This document shows, in pieces, positions 1-14,004 of a DNA stretch of 64,000 bases. The position numbers were made by a program, and so were the translations under genes. The notes under the pieces are model-generated. The model worked only from the letters and a program-made list of their open reading frames with translations. It did not search any database and was not told the origin of the DNA. This DNA comes from Batkoa obscura. Lineage: Eukaryota. How positions within the stretch are numbered: position 1 is the stretch's first letter; every line of letters begins with the position of its first letter. The DNA lies in contig JASVEC010000022.1 in assembly GCA_030770535.1 (NCBI GenBank), positions 620,001 through 684,000 on the forward strand, written 5' to 3'.

Positions 1-358
1 TTTTATTAAGGTTTATGTAATAAAATTATTCAAAAAATCTATATAAAATACTTGTTTTTACATTTTATATATTTACTACTAAATATATATAAGGATATGC
101 TAGCCACCAACAATAAACTTGACTACTAAACACCAAGATAATTTTAATATTAAATAAAACAGAAAGTAAATGTTCAATTTATAAACTCAAATTTATAACT
201 TTATAAAAATCTCACATGAATATATATAATTTAAATTAGTTTTTATTTAATACTCTAGAAACAATAACTATACAACCAACCAACAGTATAAACCTTCGTT
301 TACTAAACACATAGTTAACTTTTTTATAAAATAAATTTTATTTCCTCCCTAAATAACA

Positions 359-1462
359 TTAATCTTCCATAGCATTATCATTATTTTCAGTATTTTGTTC
401 AGTAACTGGTAACTCTAAAGAATCGAGATAAGGAACAGTTTGATCATCTTCAAGGATAACAACATCTTCAGTTTGTCCAACAAGAGCAATAGACACATTT
501 TTACTTGAAAGGGTCACATCATTTGGTAAAGTAGCTTGTAACGCTTGTAAGGCATGTTTAATAAGTTCATCATCAGAAGCTAAAAAGTAGCTAAATTAAA
601 AATTAGTTTCACTAGCACTAAATTAAAATTTACCAGTAGGATAAGTATCTAAATATTTTTCCAAATAAGTTTTTGCAGATTGACTACGAGCTCCTATTGA
701 CATAGCAAAATATTCAAAGTTATTACCACTTGGACTAGATTCATAAAGATGTGGACCAGTTTCCTATTAAATTTTAAAGTTTAATTATTTTTTAAATTAA
801 TCTTATTTAAAATTACATCTTTTCCAATAACTAAAAATCCAACACCATATGGACGTCCACCATAACCTTGGGTATTGGCTTGTGCCTCTAAAATTTTTAT
901 TAAATTTTTTCGATTGTATAGTATTAATTTACTATCTCCTAATTGATTAATAATACGAGAAACTGGTAATGGGCGATCATAAACCATCTTTGATTTTAAG
1001 GCTTCTGTACGCATATAACGGCTAATATATATATTTAAAACTAAACAATGATGGATTTAATGATTATATTTACCTTAATACTCTAGCATCTGAAGTCAAA
1101 CCAGCGATGGCAATAGCCATATGGTCATCAATTAGAATGATCTTTTTTTGATAGCTAGCTAAATCATGCGGGGATCTCTATTAACAAATTTTATTAATTT
1201 ATCTATTAATTTACGAGATCTTGAAATCCCTCATTCATCCACTTTTATTCTATTCTCAACTACTATAATCTTCATCCATAATAAAAAAATAAGGAAATAA
1301 AATAAAACTTACTTTTAAAGCAACCAAAACAGCACTTGATTTTGAACGGATACCAACCACAGCTGAACCTTGTTTTACAGCTTCCATAGCGTATTCTATT
1401 TGATGTAATCGACCTTGTGGACTCCATACGGTTACATCATTATCATATTGATTACGGAACAT
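359..1462 (-). CDS. PRE5: 20S proteasome alpha-6 subunit (PSMA1/Pre5), multi-exon
   Basis: [33 protein letters not shown] and [21 protein letters not shown] motifs. GT-AG introns; last exon ends ...MED* (stop 359-361). Confidence 0.95.
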
Positions 1463-1727
1463 TTTTTTGAAAAGCTTTGGTTAAATAAAATTTAGTAAAT
1501 AGAGAAATAATAATATTGGGTTACAACATTAATAGCACTTTTTTTGTTGACGTAAGATACATTAGCTTGGTTGAAATTGTAGAGTGATAATTGATAACCT
1601 ATTATTTAGTTAATTTAAGGAACTTGATTGGCTATTAACTTAGACAAATTAAATGTTTGAATTTTAACAGTAGTAAAATTAAAATAATAACAGCATTAAT
1701 CTAAATAAATTATTATTATTTAACACT

Positions 1728-2328
1728 ATGCTCTTCCAAGTATTACAATGTGTGTATTGTAATATGTATCAAGTCCATCAGGTAAGTGTTTCTTCATATT
1801 TATATTTAACTATTTAAACTAAGTTATTAATTTCAATCTAAGTAGGAAAAAAAAGCGATAAAATTTAAATGTAAAGTATGTAATCAAAATCAAAGCTATC
1901 AAAAAATTTTATTTGTAGGTAGCGGTAAAGAATGTCGCCTAAAAGTACAAGAGTTCAATGCTGAGTTTATTACTGCTACTGAAAAATTAGGATTCACTCA
2001 AGTTAATGAAACTACTGACCCATCAGAATTTACCCAAGTAAAAGAAAGCACTCCTATTGACATTAGTGATTCCAATTCAGATGCTGAGTTTACTAATATG
2101 GATAAAGAATTGGAAGCTAAAATCTTTGAACAAGAATTAAAAAAACTACGAGGTGATAAATCTAAATTAGAATATAAACCAAAGATAATACAAACTGATA
2201 AAAAAGAAAAAACTCAATCATATAAACCATATAAATTGCCTACAAAAAAAGCATCTAAATGGGATAAATATAAAGAACCAAAAGAGAAAAAAGAGCATAA
2301 TAAAAATGACAATTATTTATTCAAATAA
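1728..2328 (+). CDS. MRNIP: MRN complex-interacting protein (MRNIP/UPF0544)-like, 2 exons
   Basis: Removing intron 1782-1845 gives MLFQVLQCVYCNMYQVHQ-EKKAIKFKCKVCNQNQSYQKILFVGSGKECRLKVQEFN, the CxxC..Q..Q.KK..K.CKxC...GSGxDCR zinc-ribbon pattern of MRNIP. C-terminal SKWDKY motif. Confidence 0.8.
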
Positions 2329-2373
2329 AACAATATAATTAAATTAATTTTTATTTGGCTTTTTTATTTAATT

Positions 2374-3218
2374 TTATTCTTTTTTCATTTCATTGACAAT
2401 TTCATCATCAAGTTCAATAATATCACCATATTTATTTCTTTTAATCATAGTATCATTCATTTTGAAATCATTAAATTCTTGATTGACACTTCCATCATTA
2501 TTGTTTTGACCTAATGTTTTTTCACGAATAGTATCCCAAGCATTACCATTTTCTTTAGTTTCACTTTTATTTTCTGTTCCTACAGAAGTCCCATTTCTGT
2601 CTACTCTTGCTTTATAATCTGGTGGTTGTAAAATAGGTAAACCTCTTTTTTGACGTTCATTTTGAAATATCTCACTAAAAAAAGATTAAGAAAAATTTAA
2701 AAAAGTTATTGTTGACTTACACCACTTCTTTAAATATATTTTTTAATTTTTGTTGATCTGGCATTGATTTGATCGTCTTCATAGCAGAATTATAGCCAGT
2801 TAAAAATCCAATTTGTGTACCGACAAAGGCAAACGCTATTGTCATTAATTAATGCTTATTCTATTTTCATAGCACTATATTCTTTAAAGTTACCTGTTGA
2901 CATCATTCCAATCCTGAGAAAATTAACTGGTTTTTTTCTCAATGCTAAAAAAAATCGGTTACTGTTGATTCTGATAAAATTGATCCAAAAATAATACTTA
3001 CCTACCAAAACACCACCAAATGAACCACCAACAGCTGCAAAAAATACTACAAAAAATACATTTTGTTACTCGAATTATAATTAAATTCAATTTTTAAACT
3101 CACCATGTTGTCTCACTTGATTTTTAGCTTTATTAAGTAATTCTTTTTCCTCTCGAGTTAATTCGTATTTATCCAATACGGGTTGGATTTTAGTCATCAT
3201 TTCATTTGCTTTATTCAT
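2374..3218 (-). CDS. small membrane protein, OCIA-domain-like, 5 exons
   Basis: Manual splicing gives MNKANEMMTK...LTREEKELL...GVFFAAVGGSFGGVLVA...AFAFVGTQIGFLTGYNSAMKTIKSMP...NAWDTIRE...KRNKYGD...KKE*. Two hydrophobic segments. Absent from the ORF track. Confidence 0.6.
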
Positions 3219-3774
3219 TGAGTTTATTTCTCTTTTATCTAATATAATAATAATAAAAAATAAAAAATAAATAAAATTGTTATTTATGTTTCATAACTAC
3301 TTAATCATGACGTCAACTTGAACGAAATAGTTTAGTTCAAATTTATTTTTTAAATTGATAATAGGGAATTATTGACACTTGAATGTGGTTTATTAATAAA
3401 ATATTTAAAAGATAAAAGATGACTAAAAGTGAGTTAGTTTATCAACATTTTATTTCACTTTTATTGTTAAAAATCCCATTTTTATATCTGAAAATTGATT
3501 GATTTATATATCCCCATTTCATTCTATAAACTAAGAAAATAGTCAAAAAAAAACACAACCCTTTTTAGATAATTGTTATATGAACTCAATACTTGACTTT
3601 ATAACGAAATAAAGAAATATGTTTTTTTATAATAAATGAGTATGAAAAACATTCAAGTGTAAAATCAAACTTATTTATATTCTTGCTTATTCGTTTAGGC
3701 CATGTATATATGGAATCAAACAGTAGTATTGTAAGGAGAACTTTTAATTTATCGGTGTTAGAAAAAGCAATTGA

Positions 3775-4381
3775 TTAAGTAGGATAAGGAAAGAAACAAT
3801 TTAGTTTGGTATTATTTTTGTCATCAGATCCTGTGTGGAAATTGGTCTTTTACTCCTGATTATTGTATGCAATGGACTATCGTCTGCTGTTCTAAATTTA
3901 ATTATTAGCATTGATTCAGAGTACAATGAAGACTTAAAGCTCCTAATACTTACCTTTGTATTTCAGCCATTAATTTGATTAAAGTTTCTTTCTTTAAATT
4001 AATATTCTCATCTAACCAGTTTTTTATTTTTTTTAATTGCTTAATACTTTTTTCAATTTCTTCACCTGGTTTTTTGTTTCCTTTATGATCAATAGCGAGT
4101 AAATCCCAATGTTCTGATGGTATTGAGGATTCAATATTTGATTGTATTTCTGTTATTCTTGATTTCATTTCGGTTTGATAATCATAATAAATGGATTCTA
4201 TATTTTTTGATATGCTAAAGTAATCATATTAGTTATCTAAAAGCTTTTTTTGGAAATGTTGATTTATTTACTTTTCTTCTTTAGAATACATTGTTTGTAT
4301 ACTTTTCATACTTAATATACTTCGTAATTGAGCTGATAAGATGTAATTACTTAGTAACGTTTTAGGTGTTGTTTCCGTCAT
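3775..4381 (-). CDS. CNL2: Cnl2/Nkp2-family inner kinetochore protein, 3 exons
   Basis: N-terminus MTETTPKTLLSNYILSAQLRSILSMKSIQTMY...IESIYYDYQTEMKSRITEIQSNIE resembles the Cnl2/Nkp2 pattern (ILSNFLL..A.L..I.S....; LY..LQ......V..NIE), followed by coiled coil. Last-exon end is less certain. Confidence 0.55.
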
Positions 4382-4605
4382 TTTGTGATGTATAATTGAA
4401 AGAATTTTTCAAAAATAATAAGAATAAAAAATTCCAAAATATTGGAAATTAATAATCCACCAATTAAATTGGATCCATTTCAATTCCATTTCAACCAATA
4501 AAATTTCATAGTTTTAATTTTAGTAAATTTTTATTAAATGAAAGAATTATTAGTTTCAAATAGTTGTTTTTTTTTAATATAAAAAAACATCTTGGAATTA
4601 TAAAA

Positions 4606-6761
4606 ATGGCCAACTTAAATCAAGAAATGATAGATATGGAAAGTAGGATAGATGAATCTACTTATAAATTTATGGCTAGTTTTATTTTAGGGGCTATTCG
4701 AGAAAACAATATGGTGAGTCTTCACATATTCTACTTTCAATAATTATAATTAACTTCTGTAATTGTAGGGCAAAGTCAAAGCATATAATGAATTAATTTC
4801 CGAATTTGAAGATACATCTTCAAGAGTAGATTATAAAAAAATATTATTATGGATTCAAGTATTAAATCAACATGTATCTATATTAAACAATCAAAATCAT
4901 TTATTAATTGAAAAAATATTAAGTTTAAAATGGTATTTACAACCTCAATTTTTTGTTAATAATTTTTATTCATTAATTAAAAACATTATTACCTATCATT
5001 CTTCTTTTATTGAACCAGCAATTCAAATCACAGTTAAATTATTTTTGAAAGGTAATAAAATTTGTATTCTGGAGAATTATTTTTATGCTAATTTTCATTT
5101 TCATTTTTATATTAGAATTAGGTAATGGTATTATCGACAATCAACAAGCCAATGAAAGAATTCATTATTTGTTGCAAGAATTATTAACGTTGGTACCTAC
5201 TGCACCTACCTTTTTATTTGATTATTTAGTATTATGTTTTCCAAGAAAAAGACAATCTATAATACAACAGAAATTATTTTGTGAAAATTTAATCAAAGTA
5301 ATTAATTATGCTCCTTATCTTACAGGACAAATTCTAGGTTTAATGATTGAAAGAATTTTAAAAATTGATGTAAGTATTTATTGTTATATATTAATATAGT
5401 TAATCTAATATTTTATTTAGGTTGAAGTTCAAGTAGAAATTGAAGAATTACAATTACAAGAAAATAATCCATCTGAAGTTATATTTGAAATGGATATGAA
5501 TGATATAAAGCCAATTGAAAATAATAACAATAATAATAATGACAAAGAAGATAATAGTGATATTGAATCAGACGAAGAAATAGTTGCAAGCGAAATTAAT
5601 ATAACTGAATTAGTAGAAAAATTAGATATTATGTTAGAAATATTATTTTTGTATTTAAGTGAAATAGATTATACAACCACCCATGGACATATAATATATA
5701 CATTAATATTAACTAGTTTTGATAAACTAATATTAAAAACGTTTAAATCGAGATATACTCAATTTATAGTGTTTTATTTATGTTCTAAAAATAAACAATT
5801 TGCGGATAATTTTCTTGGTGATTTATTTAAATCTTTATTTTCAGAGCAAATACCTCAAGTTACTCGTATAGCTTCAGCAGCTTACATAGGTTCCTTTATT
5901 GCTAGAGCTAAATTTTGTGAAGATAGTTATGTTTGTACAACAACTCAAATGTTAACCGAATGGTTAACTTGGCATCTAGAAGCCCAAGGTCCAAATGCTA
6001 CTTTAGATCCTAATAGACATGCTATTTTTTATGCTGCTACTCAAGCTGCTCTTTATATCTTTTGTTTTCGTTGGAAATTATTTATATTAAATGAAACTAT
6101 AGATTCTACGGAGAGATGGCATCCTGCTGTTACTGTATTAAGACATATTATTAATTCAAAACTAAATCCATTAAAGGTAAGTTTTAATAATATATTAATA
6201 TTATAATAGTTATACTTATTAACAATTAATTAGGTATGTAATGAGATTGTAGTAGAACAATTTAGTAATTTAAGTCATCAGTTAAATTTTATGTATTGTT
6301 ATCCAATTATTGAAAATAATCGAAAATTATACTTACCAATTAATTTACAAGGAACTATTGATAAAGAAGGTTTCTTCCCGTTTGATCCATTTAAATTGAC
6401 AAAAAGTAAAAGATTTATATTACCTTTATATGTAGAATGGGAATCTTTAATTGAAGATAAAGATTATAATCAAATAAATAACAATAATAATGTTAATGTT
6501 AATAATGTTATTAATAATATTAATATTAGTAATGGAATAGAAGATGAAGATAGTTTTAATGTTGGATCAATACCTTCTCCACTAGTATTAAAAGCAATAA
6601 CTGAACCTAAACAAGTGAAACAAAAAAATAATTTTAACAGATCATCATCTCAATTAAAAAATTTTGCTTTCTCTTTAGAAGATGATGATTTTGATTTAAG
6701 TTCTTCAATGATGGCTATTTCTCTTTCCCCAAATATTTTGCCAAAAAAATCAAAAAAATAA
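4606..6761 (+). CDS. RRN3: RNA polymerase I transcription initiation factor Rrn3, multi-exon
   Basis: IERILKIDV-EVQ, KSRYTQFIVFY, AAYIGSFIARAKF, FYAATQAALYIFCFRW, LNPLK and FFPFDPFKL motifs. Confidence 0.95.
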
Positions 6762-6837
6762 TTTCATTCTTTATTATTATTTAAATTTTCTCCAATTGAG
6801 TTTTTTTGTGCTTATATAAATATAGATAGCTTTTGAT

Positions 6838-6968
6838 ATTATTATTATTTAAATATATTTATTATTTAAATATATTTATTATTTATTTATTATTTATTTA
6901 TTATTTATTTATTTATTATTTATTATTTATTTATTTATCATTTATTATTTATTTATTTATTATTTTTA
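6838..6968. repeat. low-complexity (TTAT/TTA)n microsatellite between convergent RRN3 and VPS15 3' ends
   Basis: About 130 bp of almost pure tttatt/ttat repeats. Confidence 0.8.
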
Positions 6969-6970
6969 AT

Positions 6971-8433
6971 TTATAAAAATAATTTAATAGTACCTTGTCT
7001 ATCTGCAGAGATAAGATAATGCTTTGGATATTTAATAACTAATAAATTTAATATAGCATCCAAATGAGAAAAAATAGTATTATGATTATGACCTAATAAA
7101 ATATTTTTAGTATCTACTTTTTGATATTTAATATTAGCTTCATAAATAATATCTACATTATCATGTTGAATTAATTTATATTCCCAATTGATTGCTTTTG
7201 GAAATATTGGTTTACTTTTTTCAATTAAATTAAAATCAATTAATCTTATTTTTTTATCGTTGCCACTAATTATTAATTTGTTTAAATTAACTAAATAACT
7301 TGTTAATATTTGATAATTTAACTGTTGATTGAAATTGACTGCATTAGCTAATTTTAACTTATTTACTGAATTTAATAATAATTCTTCGTCATCTTCCATT
7401 TTATTAGGTTTTAATCCAATTTCTGATAATTGATGAACTGAAGGCGAACAAGCCATGATGACCATTTTACACTCTTGATTAGAAATATCCCATAATGATA
7501 TATCATTATTTTTACCAGCTAATATCCAAATTTGTTGATTTTTATAATAAATTAATTTTTTTATACTTAATTTTGATGGATGATTAAATGATTCATTTTT
7601 TAAATAAATTAAATATCTTAAATCAAATAAATCTATCATTCCTTTATCACTACCTACTAATAACCAGTTGTTACTAGGATTAATTAATATACTAGTGATA
7701 TTCCCTATTATAATAAAATCAATATTAATATTAATATTAATAATTATATTAAATATATTAATAATTATATTAAATATATTAATAATTATATTAAATACTT
7801 ACCATGATTTAATGGGATTTTTAATTTATAAATTACTTTATTTAAATTTAAATCAAATCCAAAAATATGACTAAGATTAGTAGCCATAATTAATACATTT
7901 TGTTTCATATCAATACCGCCAATATGTTGCATACAAACTACTCGTTCATTATTTTTTAATTTAATTCCTAATATTCCATAACATTTACTATATTTTCCTG
8001 TTTCTAACTCCCCTTTCTTTTCTTTATTAAATATTACTTCAATTCTATTAATTAATTAATATTATTATTTATTATATTATATTATAAAATTAATTTACTT
8101 TAATATATGAACATCTCCTTTATCATTAGCAGCAGCTACACAATATGAATTATTTAAAAAGGTTAAACATTTAACTCTACCACCTAAATCAATTATTATT
8201 ATTATAATAAAAATAATAAAAATAAATATTATAAAGTTACCTAAATAAAAATAAGTTAATCTAGATCTATTTGATATTTTTTGATGAATTCTATTAATAT
8301 CCCAAATTTTAATAGCTCCATCATCTGAACCAGTAACAAATAATTTATGATCTGGTGACGCTTGTAATGAATTAATAGCTGCTGTATGTTCATTTAAATT
8401 AGCTACAACAACGCCTAATTAAAACATAATAAA

Positions 8434-8466
<33 letters not shown>

Positions 8467-11400
8467 ATTATATATAATAAATTTACCTTCAGGTTCCCAA
8501 TCTTGATTTGTATTAATAGATTGATTACAATTATTATTAATAGGTTGAATAATTGGACCAAAAATAGATTGATTTGGTGGAAACATCTCTTTACCTTTTT
8601 TTTGTAATAACCTTTGTAAACCTAAATTAGGTAATATCAAGGTTTCATTTTCATGTTCATGTGGGTTTAATTTTAGATTAATTTCATTTAAATTAATTGA
8701 AATTATTGGAAAATTGAAATTATCATATGTATCCATTTGCAATGTTCTCGCAAATACTAAAGTAGATGATGTACTTAAGCTGGGATTTACTTTATTTTGA
8801 AATGTTGGTGAATTTGTTAATGTTCCTTCTCTTAAATTGAGTTCATTTTCGTTTAATCTTAACATTTCTTTACTGTCGCTTATCAATGACATTGTTTTAT
8901 TATTTCTTTTATTAAATAATCGATTATTATTATTATTATTATTATACTCCTGTTGTTCTAATGGAGAAAAAAAATCAGTTCTAACTTTAACTTGTAAACT
9001 CATTAAATGAATAGTTGATTCATTATACCAATAATTATTGTTAGAAAAAGATCTTGGTTTCATTCTTGAAGAATCAAATTGACTAGCCAATTTTAAAAAA
9101 TATTCTTTCATTGCACTTAACATTTGAAAATTAAAATTCGTTAAATGAAATTTTTTAATTAATTGCTGATATGTTTGTTGATCTCGTATTGGATATTTTT
9201 CTAAATTAAAATTATTGAGTCCTACACTTTCAATGATTTTCCATACCCCTGGTGTTGCCATACTTAAACTTAGCATTTCTTCATATATTTTTCGAGTTAT
9301 CTATTAATTAATTAATTAATTAAAAATTATTATACTATATTATATATTATATTAATAATATACTTACAGGCTCAGCTAAAGCTTGACTTAATTCAATAAC
9401 TGAATGTTCTAATAATGGCGGATATTTGATAAAAGGTTGAATGGTTGGATTTAATACACATAATTTATCCACATCTGGTAATAATTCAGAAGCAGTTGAA
9501 GTAAAAGCAATTGCAGCTAATAAATAGAAAATCATTAATTATATAATTATATTATTAGTTATATTATTATTATTATTATTAATTACCATATCTAATCCAA
9601 ACATTGGGATGGCCTAATAAAGGCGAAATAATATGAATTAAATCCCATAATGTAATTTTAGAAAACAGTTTTCTTTGACATAATAATGTTAATGAAGTTA
9701 ATACTTTTTCAACTACAAATTCCTCAGAATCTATAATAAAATAAAATTAAAATAGAACATACAAAATTAAAAATTAAAATTACCAGTAATAGCTTGAATC
9801 ATTAATGGTAAGATATATTCTTCTAAAGATCTGCCACCAACATACTGTCCAACCTCAACGATATTTTCAAAAAAAGAACAACGTAATAACCAATCTTTGT
9901 CATTTAAATAAGTAATCATATGAGATAACAAGGAATCATTTGATTTTTGTAATCCAAATACTTTACATAATCTTAATATATTACTTAATAATGCTCTTTT
10001 AACTGAAGAATCTGAATCAATTAATAAAGTAATGACTAAATCTAATAATGGATTATGTAAATCTAATAAATTGATATCTAAACTTGTTTTATTTTCCATA
10101 CTTTTTCCTAATTGATAAAAATGAATAGCAATTTCAGCTAAACTGGCCATATTTTTTGCTAATGAATATCTCACTATTATTTCTTTATCCTGTGTTAATT
10201 TTTTTAATGGATTAAATAAATATTCTGTAAATAACAAGGTATTAATCGGTGTTATTTTATGGACTGTTAATAACAAGTTAGTCATCGTTTGAATGGCGTG
10301 ACTTCTTATGATGCTATCTTTATCATATAATAAAGAGACTAAATATGGTAACAATCGATCCAATTTCATTTCATCATTTAAATGTCGTCCAATACTAAAC
10401 ATCATATCAATAGCTAATCTTTTTTTACTACTATAAACACAATTTTTGACTGAACTAGTTAATACACTTAATAATAATAAAGCTCCTTCTTCTATTTTAA
10501 TATGTATAAATATTAATATCGAATACTAATTATTTATATTATGATTTAATAATTACCTCTTTTTAAATTAACTTCTGGATTATCAATATCATTACTAAAA
10601 TCAAATATTGCTGATATTTGATTATAATCTGAATACAATTTAAATATTCTAAAATCTGTTTGTAATTCAATATTATCCAATTCATGATTAGGATAAGGAT
10701 CTACAATGGAACATAAATAAGGATGTAAAAAATCATAAAAATAACTTGGAAATGCTTTATCTTTCCTAAAATTAAATCATTAATAAATATTAATTAATAA
10801 ACATTAACAATGATATTAAATAATAACTTACCAAATAATTAAATATTCTCTAGCTGATAATCTTTTTTCTGGTTCTAATTGAATCATACTTTCTACCATG
10901 TTACGAATTTCTGGACATTCAATTTGATTAATAGTATGACTTGGATCATAATCACCTCTTTTATATGACAATAATTGTGATAACAAAAACAAAGGTGTAG
11001 ATTCCGTAAACAACTCAGCAATAACACAACCTAAGGAAAAGATATCCATTTCACTGGTCAATTTGTTACTTGTAATTTTATTATTGGGTTTATAAAATCT
11101 TTCAGGGGCAATAGAACAACTTCGCTTGCCCAATGGATCAAAAAAGAATAAAAAATCACTTGGATTATCTAATGGTAAATAAACAGGTTTAAAAGGTGCA
11201 AAATCACTTAAAAAGGCAAAGTTCCAGGAAGTTAATAAGATGTTTTCAATTTTTATGTCGCCGTGATATACCTAGAAAAAGTCATTTTAGTACTTTATGT
11301 TTTTATTGTTTTTAATATCACTTACTTCTCTTTCATGAGCTTCAGATAAACCTTTTAATAAATGGAACGTTATCAATTTTTTTTCTATTAAATTTAAGAA

Positions 11401-11921
11401 TGGCCTTGTACTAAAAAATGACTCTCAATTATAATTTTGTAATATAATACAATATTGTTACCTAATCCTATCATATAGCGAATAATAAAAATATTGTCTA
11501 ACTACATAAACAGCTTTAAAAGTTTCTAATTGCCATTGATAAGGAAATACATTGTTAATATTTTTTAACTTATCATATTGTTCTAAATAGATAAAAACCA
11601 ACATTAATTCCTCCTAATTCCAATAATTCCTTAAATTAACTTTTACCTTTTAACTCAATCACATGCTTTTGAAACTGATATTTATCATCTGTCGGTTTTA
11701 CCATAATTTTAATAACTACTGCTCCATTCTTACTTCCACCCTTTACAGTTTTAATAAAACGGGCATTGCCTAAACTAGGTTGAATTTCAACAATTGATTT
11801 TTAAACTATCAAATTTAAAAATTTACCTTTTTTTATAACTCAAACCTTCTAGTTCTTCAATATAAGTATCAATACCGGCTGCATTTGTGGTTGGTATTCG
11901 TCCGCTTAAATTATTGCCCAT
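6971..11921 (-). CDS. VPS15: Vps15/PIK3R4 kinase-like + HEAT + WD40, multi-exon
   Basis: MGNNLS N-myristoylation start; YHGDIKIENILLTSWN, SDFAPFKPVYLP, IAPERF and MDIFSLGCVIAELF; HEAT motifs LDRLLPY and LSHMITYLNDKDWLLRCSFF; C-terminal WD40 (HLDAI...ISADRQGTIKLF). Confidence 0.95.
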
Positions 11922-12691
11922 AATGGATTGGGAAGTGAAATTAGCTACTTTTTTTTAGTTTTATTTTGTTGGATTGTTTTTGTATAAAAAAGCAGTCGCA
12001 TCAAGCATTTTTTAAACTTTGTGGCAAATTGAAATTTGCATTTTTATGTTGAAATTTAAGGTTTAGAATTTTAGATTTAATTAAAATTCAAAATATTGCG
12101 ATATTTTAAGAAAAACCTTAAAAAGGGCGTTTTCTGATTATAGTTTTATTGCAATATTTGTGTAATTTTCTTGTTATTATAATTTGATTATTACCTAATC
12201 TTAATTCATGTTTAAAGCAAATCGTATATAATTAGATTATTTCAATATTACTATTAATTAATAACTTGGAAACAAGCAAAATACCTAATAAAAAAATTTC
12301 AAAATAGCTTGGAAAAGAAGTGGAAAATTCGTGCATAACATAATGTGATAAATAAAAGAGATTTAGTAAAAAAATACAGTTTTAAGTATTATTTTATAAC
12401 ATAAAAGGTAGTAATAAGCTTATTAGCTTATTTAAGTTGGTTGTATTTGTTTATAATTTGATCAGCTATTATTTTTATTTATATTATAAACATTTTGTTA
12501 TTACTATATTTTTAAAAACAAAAGTATTATAATTTATAATTTTCTGAGTTTATATTTTTTTTAAATCAATAACAATAAAAAAGTTATTTAATATAGCTCC
12601 AAATAAGCTATTTAATGATATTTTTAGTTTATTTAAATTTATTTGAAATATATTAATATTAAAAAAAGCAAAAAAAGTGTTATTGTTTACA

Positions 12692-12748
12692 AAATAAAGT
12701 AAAAGTAAAAATAAAAGTAAAAGTAAAAATAAAAGTAAAAGTAAAAAT
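12692..12748. repeat. AAAAGT/AAAAAT hexamer tandem repeat
   Basis: aaaagtaaaaataaaagt units read directly; source of the spurious poly-Leu/Phe ORF 12550-12861. Confidence 0.7.
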
Positions 12749-13021
12749 ATAGCTATAATGATTTTAAAAGTAATTGAAAAAGTAATAAAAAGATTATTAA
12801 ATAATAATAAGTAAAAAAGTTGTAAAATATATATACACTTATAATTATGCCAGCTAATCATTTATTAAGCTTTTTTATTAAATTTATTTATAATTATTTA
12901 TAATATTAATAAACATGTTGAAGCTGTTAATAGTAATTAAATTAACCTTACTTTCATAAGTACTTAATTTAACTTTAATCACAAATATAATTATGGGTCT
13001 ATATATAAGTAAAAAAAGCTT

Positions 13022-13499
13022 ATTAGTATTGTGAAATATCGCTTTGTCAGCTCTATGGTTGATTATAACATAGTAACCATTTAAGTTCTTGTGTTCTTGA
13101 GTTCAGGAACAATCAATCCTACGCTCTTAGTTCGATTTGATATAAGAATTTCTAGCTTCATCCCAAAGAATGTTATCTTCTTGCTTTGATACTTGCACTT
13201 GTTAGAGTATAAAAGATTTTAGAACACAGTAATTCGAAGCTTTTTAACTGAATTATTCCCCGATATTTTGCACATTTAATAAAGCCACTAAATTTTCTTA
13301 ATAGTATTTTACATAGGTTTTACAGTAGTATTGTCTATTATGTTTATTTTACATAGTCCGTAGTCTATTATGTGCTATTGCTCATAATTCAAGTCTATCT
13401 TAGTCACATAAAATAAGACCTTTCGATCTATAATATAGTCAACTAGGCAACAACTGTTATTGACTCCAATAACTGAGTACCAGATTTCATAGCATTTAA
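13022..13499 (-). repeat. left arm of ~475-bp imperfect inverted duplication
   Basis: Reverse complement aligns collinearly with 14295-14770. Exact blocks include CATAATTCAAGTCTATCTTAGT, TTTTACAGTAGTATTGTCTATT, TTTAATAAAGCCACTAAAT and GTGTTCTTGAGTTCAG. Confidence 0.9.
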
Positions 13500-13576
13500 A
13501 AGAATTATATTTTACAATAAAATTTCTTAAAAATATAAGCTATAATAAATTTACGCTCATATTTAAATTTTATATT

Positions 13577-13671
13577 GAGGATGCATTTTTTGTTTGAGAA
13601 TTTTACTAACAATCTTACCCACTCAAATAGCGCTTAAAAAATGGAAAAAGGAAAGTCAAAAAAACACCCCC
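13577..13671 (+). mobile_element. ~98-bp MITE copy A
   Basis: GAGGATGCATTTTT...AAATAGCGCTTAAAAAATGG...AAAACACCCCC; flanks TATT/ATTT (imperfect TSD). Confidence 0.85.
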
Positions 13672-13855
13672 ATTTTTAAAGTATCATGTAGTAAAAAAAA
13701 GCAAAAATTCATTATTAAATTTAAAAATATTTAATATAATATTAATTAAAGCTACTATATTTAAAAATAAAATGTTTAATTTAAAAAAAGTAGTTAAAAG
13801 ATAATATAAATATTAATAATAGCAGATATAATAATATTATTTTATTTTATAATAC

Positions 13856-13954
13856 GGGAGTGTTTTTTTTGGCTTCATTATTTTTTCCACTTTTTAAGCA
13901 CTATTTAAGTAGAAAGATTATTAATAAAATTCTTAAACACAAAAATACATCCCC
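13856..13954 (-). mobile_element. ~98-bp MITE copy B
   Basis: GGGAGTGTTTTTTT...AAAAATACATCCCC; flanks ATAC/ATAT. Confidence 0.85.
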
Positions 13955-14004
13955 ATATAATAAAAATTAATATATTCCGAAAGCTAATATTTAATAATTA
14001 AAAT

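Noticed and set aside
12550..12861. Hydrophobic ORFs 12550-12861, 7668-7874 and 16886-17068
   Set aside because: Produced by AT-rich tandem repeats or intron sequence; no family motifs.
13577..13954. Opposed MITE pairs (A/B, F/G, I/J) as long TIRs of a larger composite element
   Set aside because: Each ~98-bp unit has its own TIRs and its own 4-bp flanking duplication (perfect in F, G, I, J; imperfect in A, B), the enclosed sequences are unrelated, and no shared outer TSD is evident for A/B or F/G.
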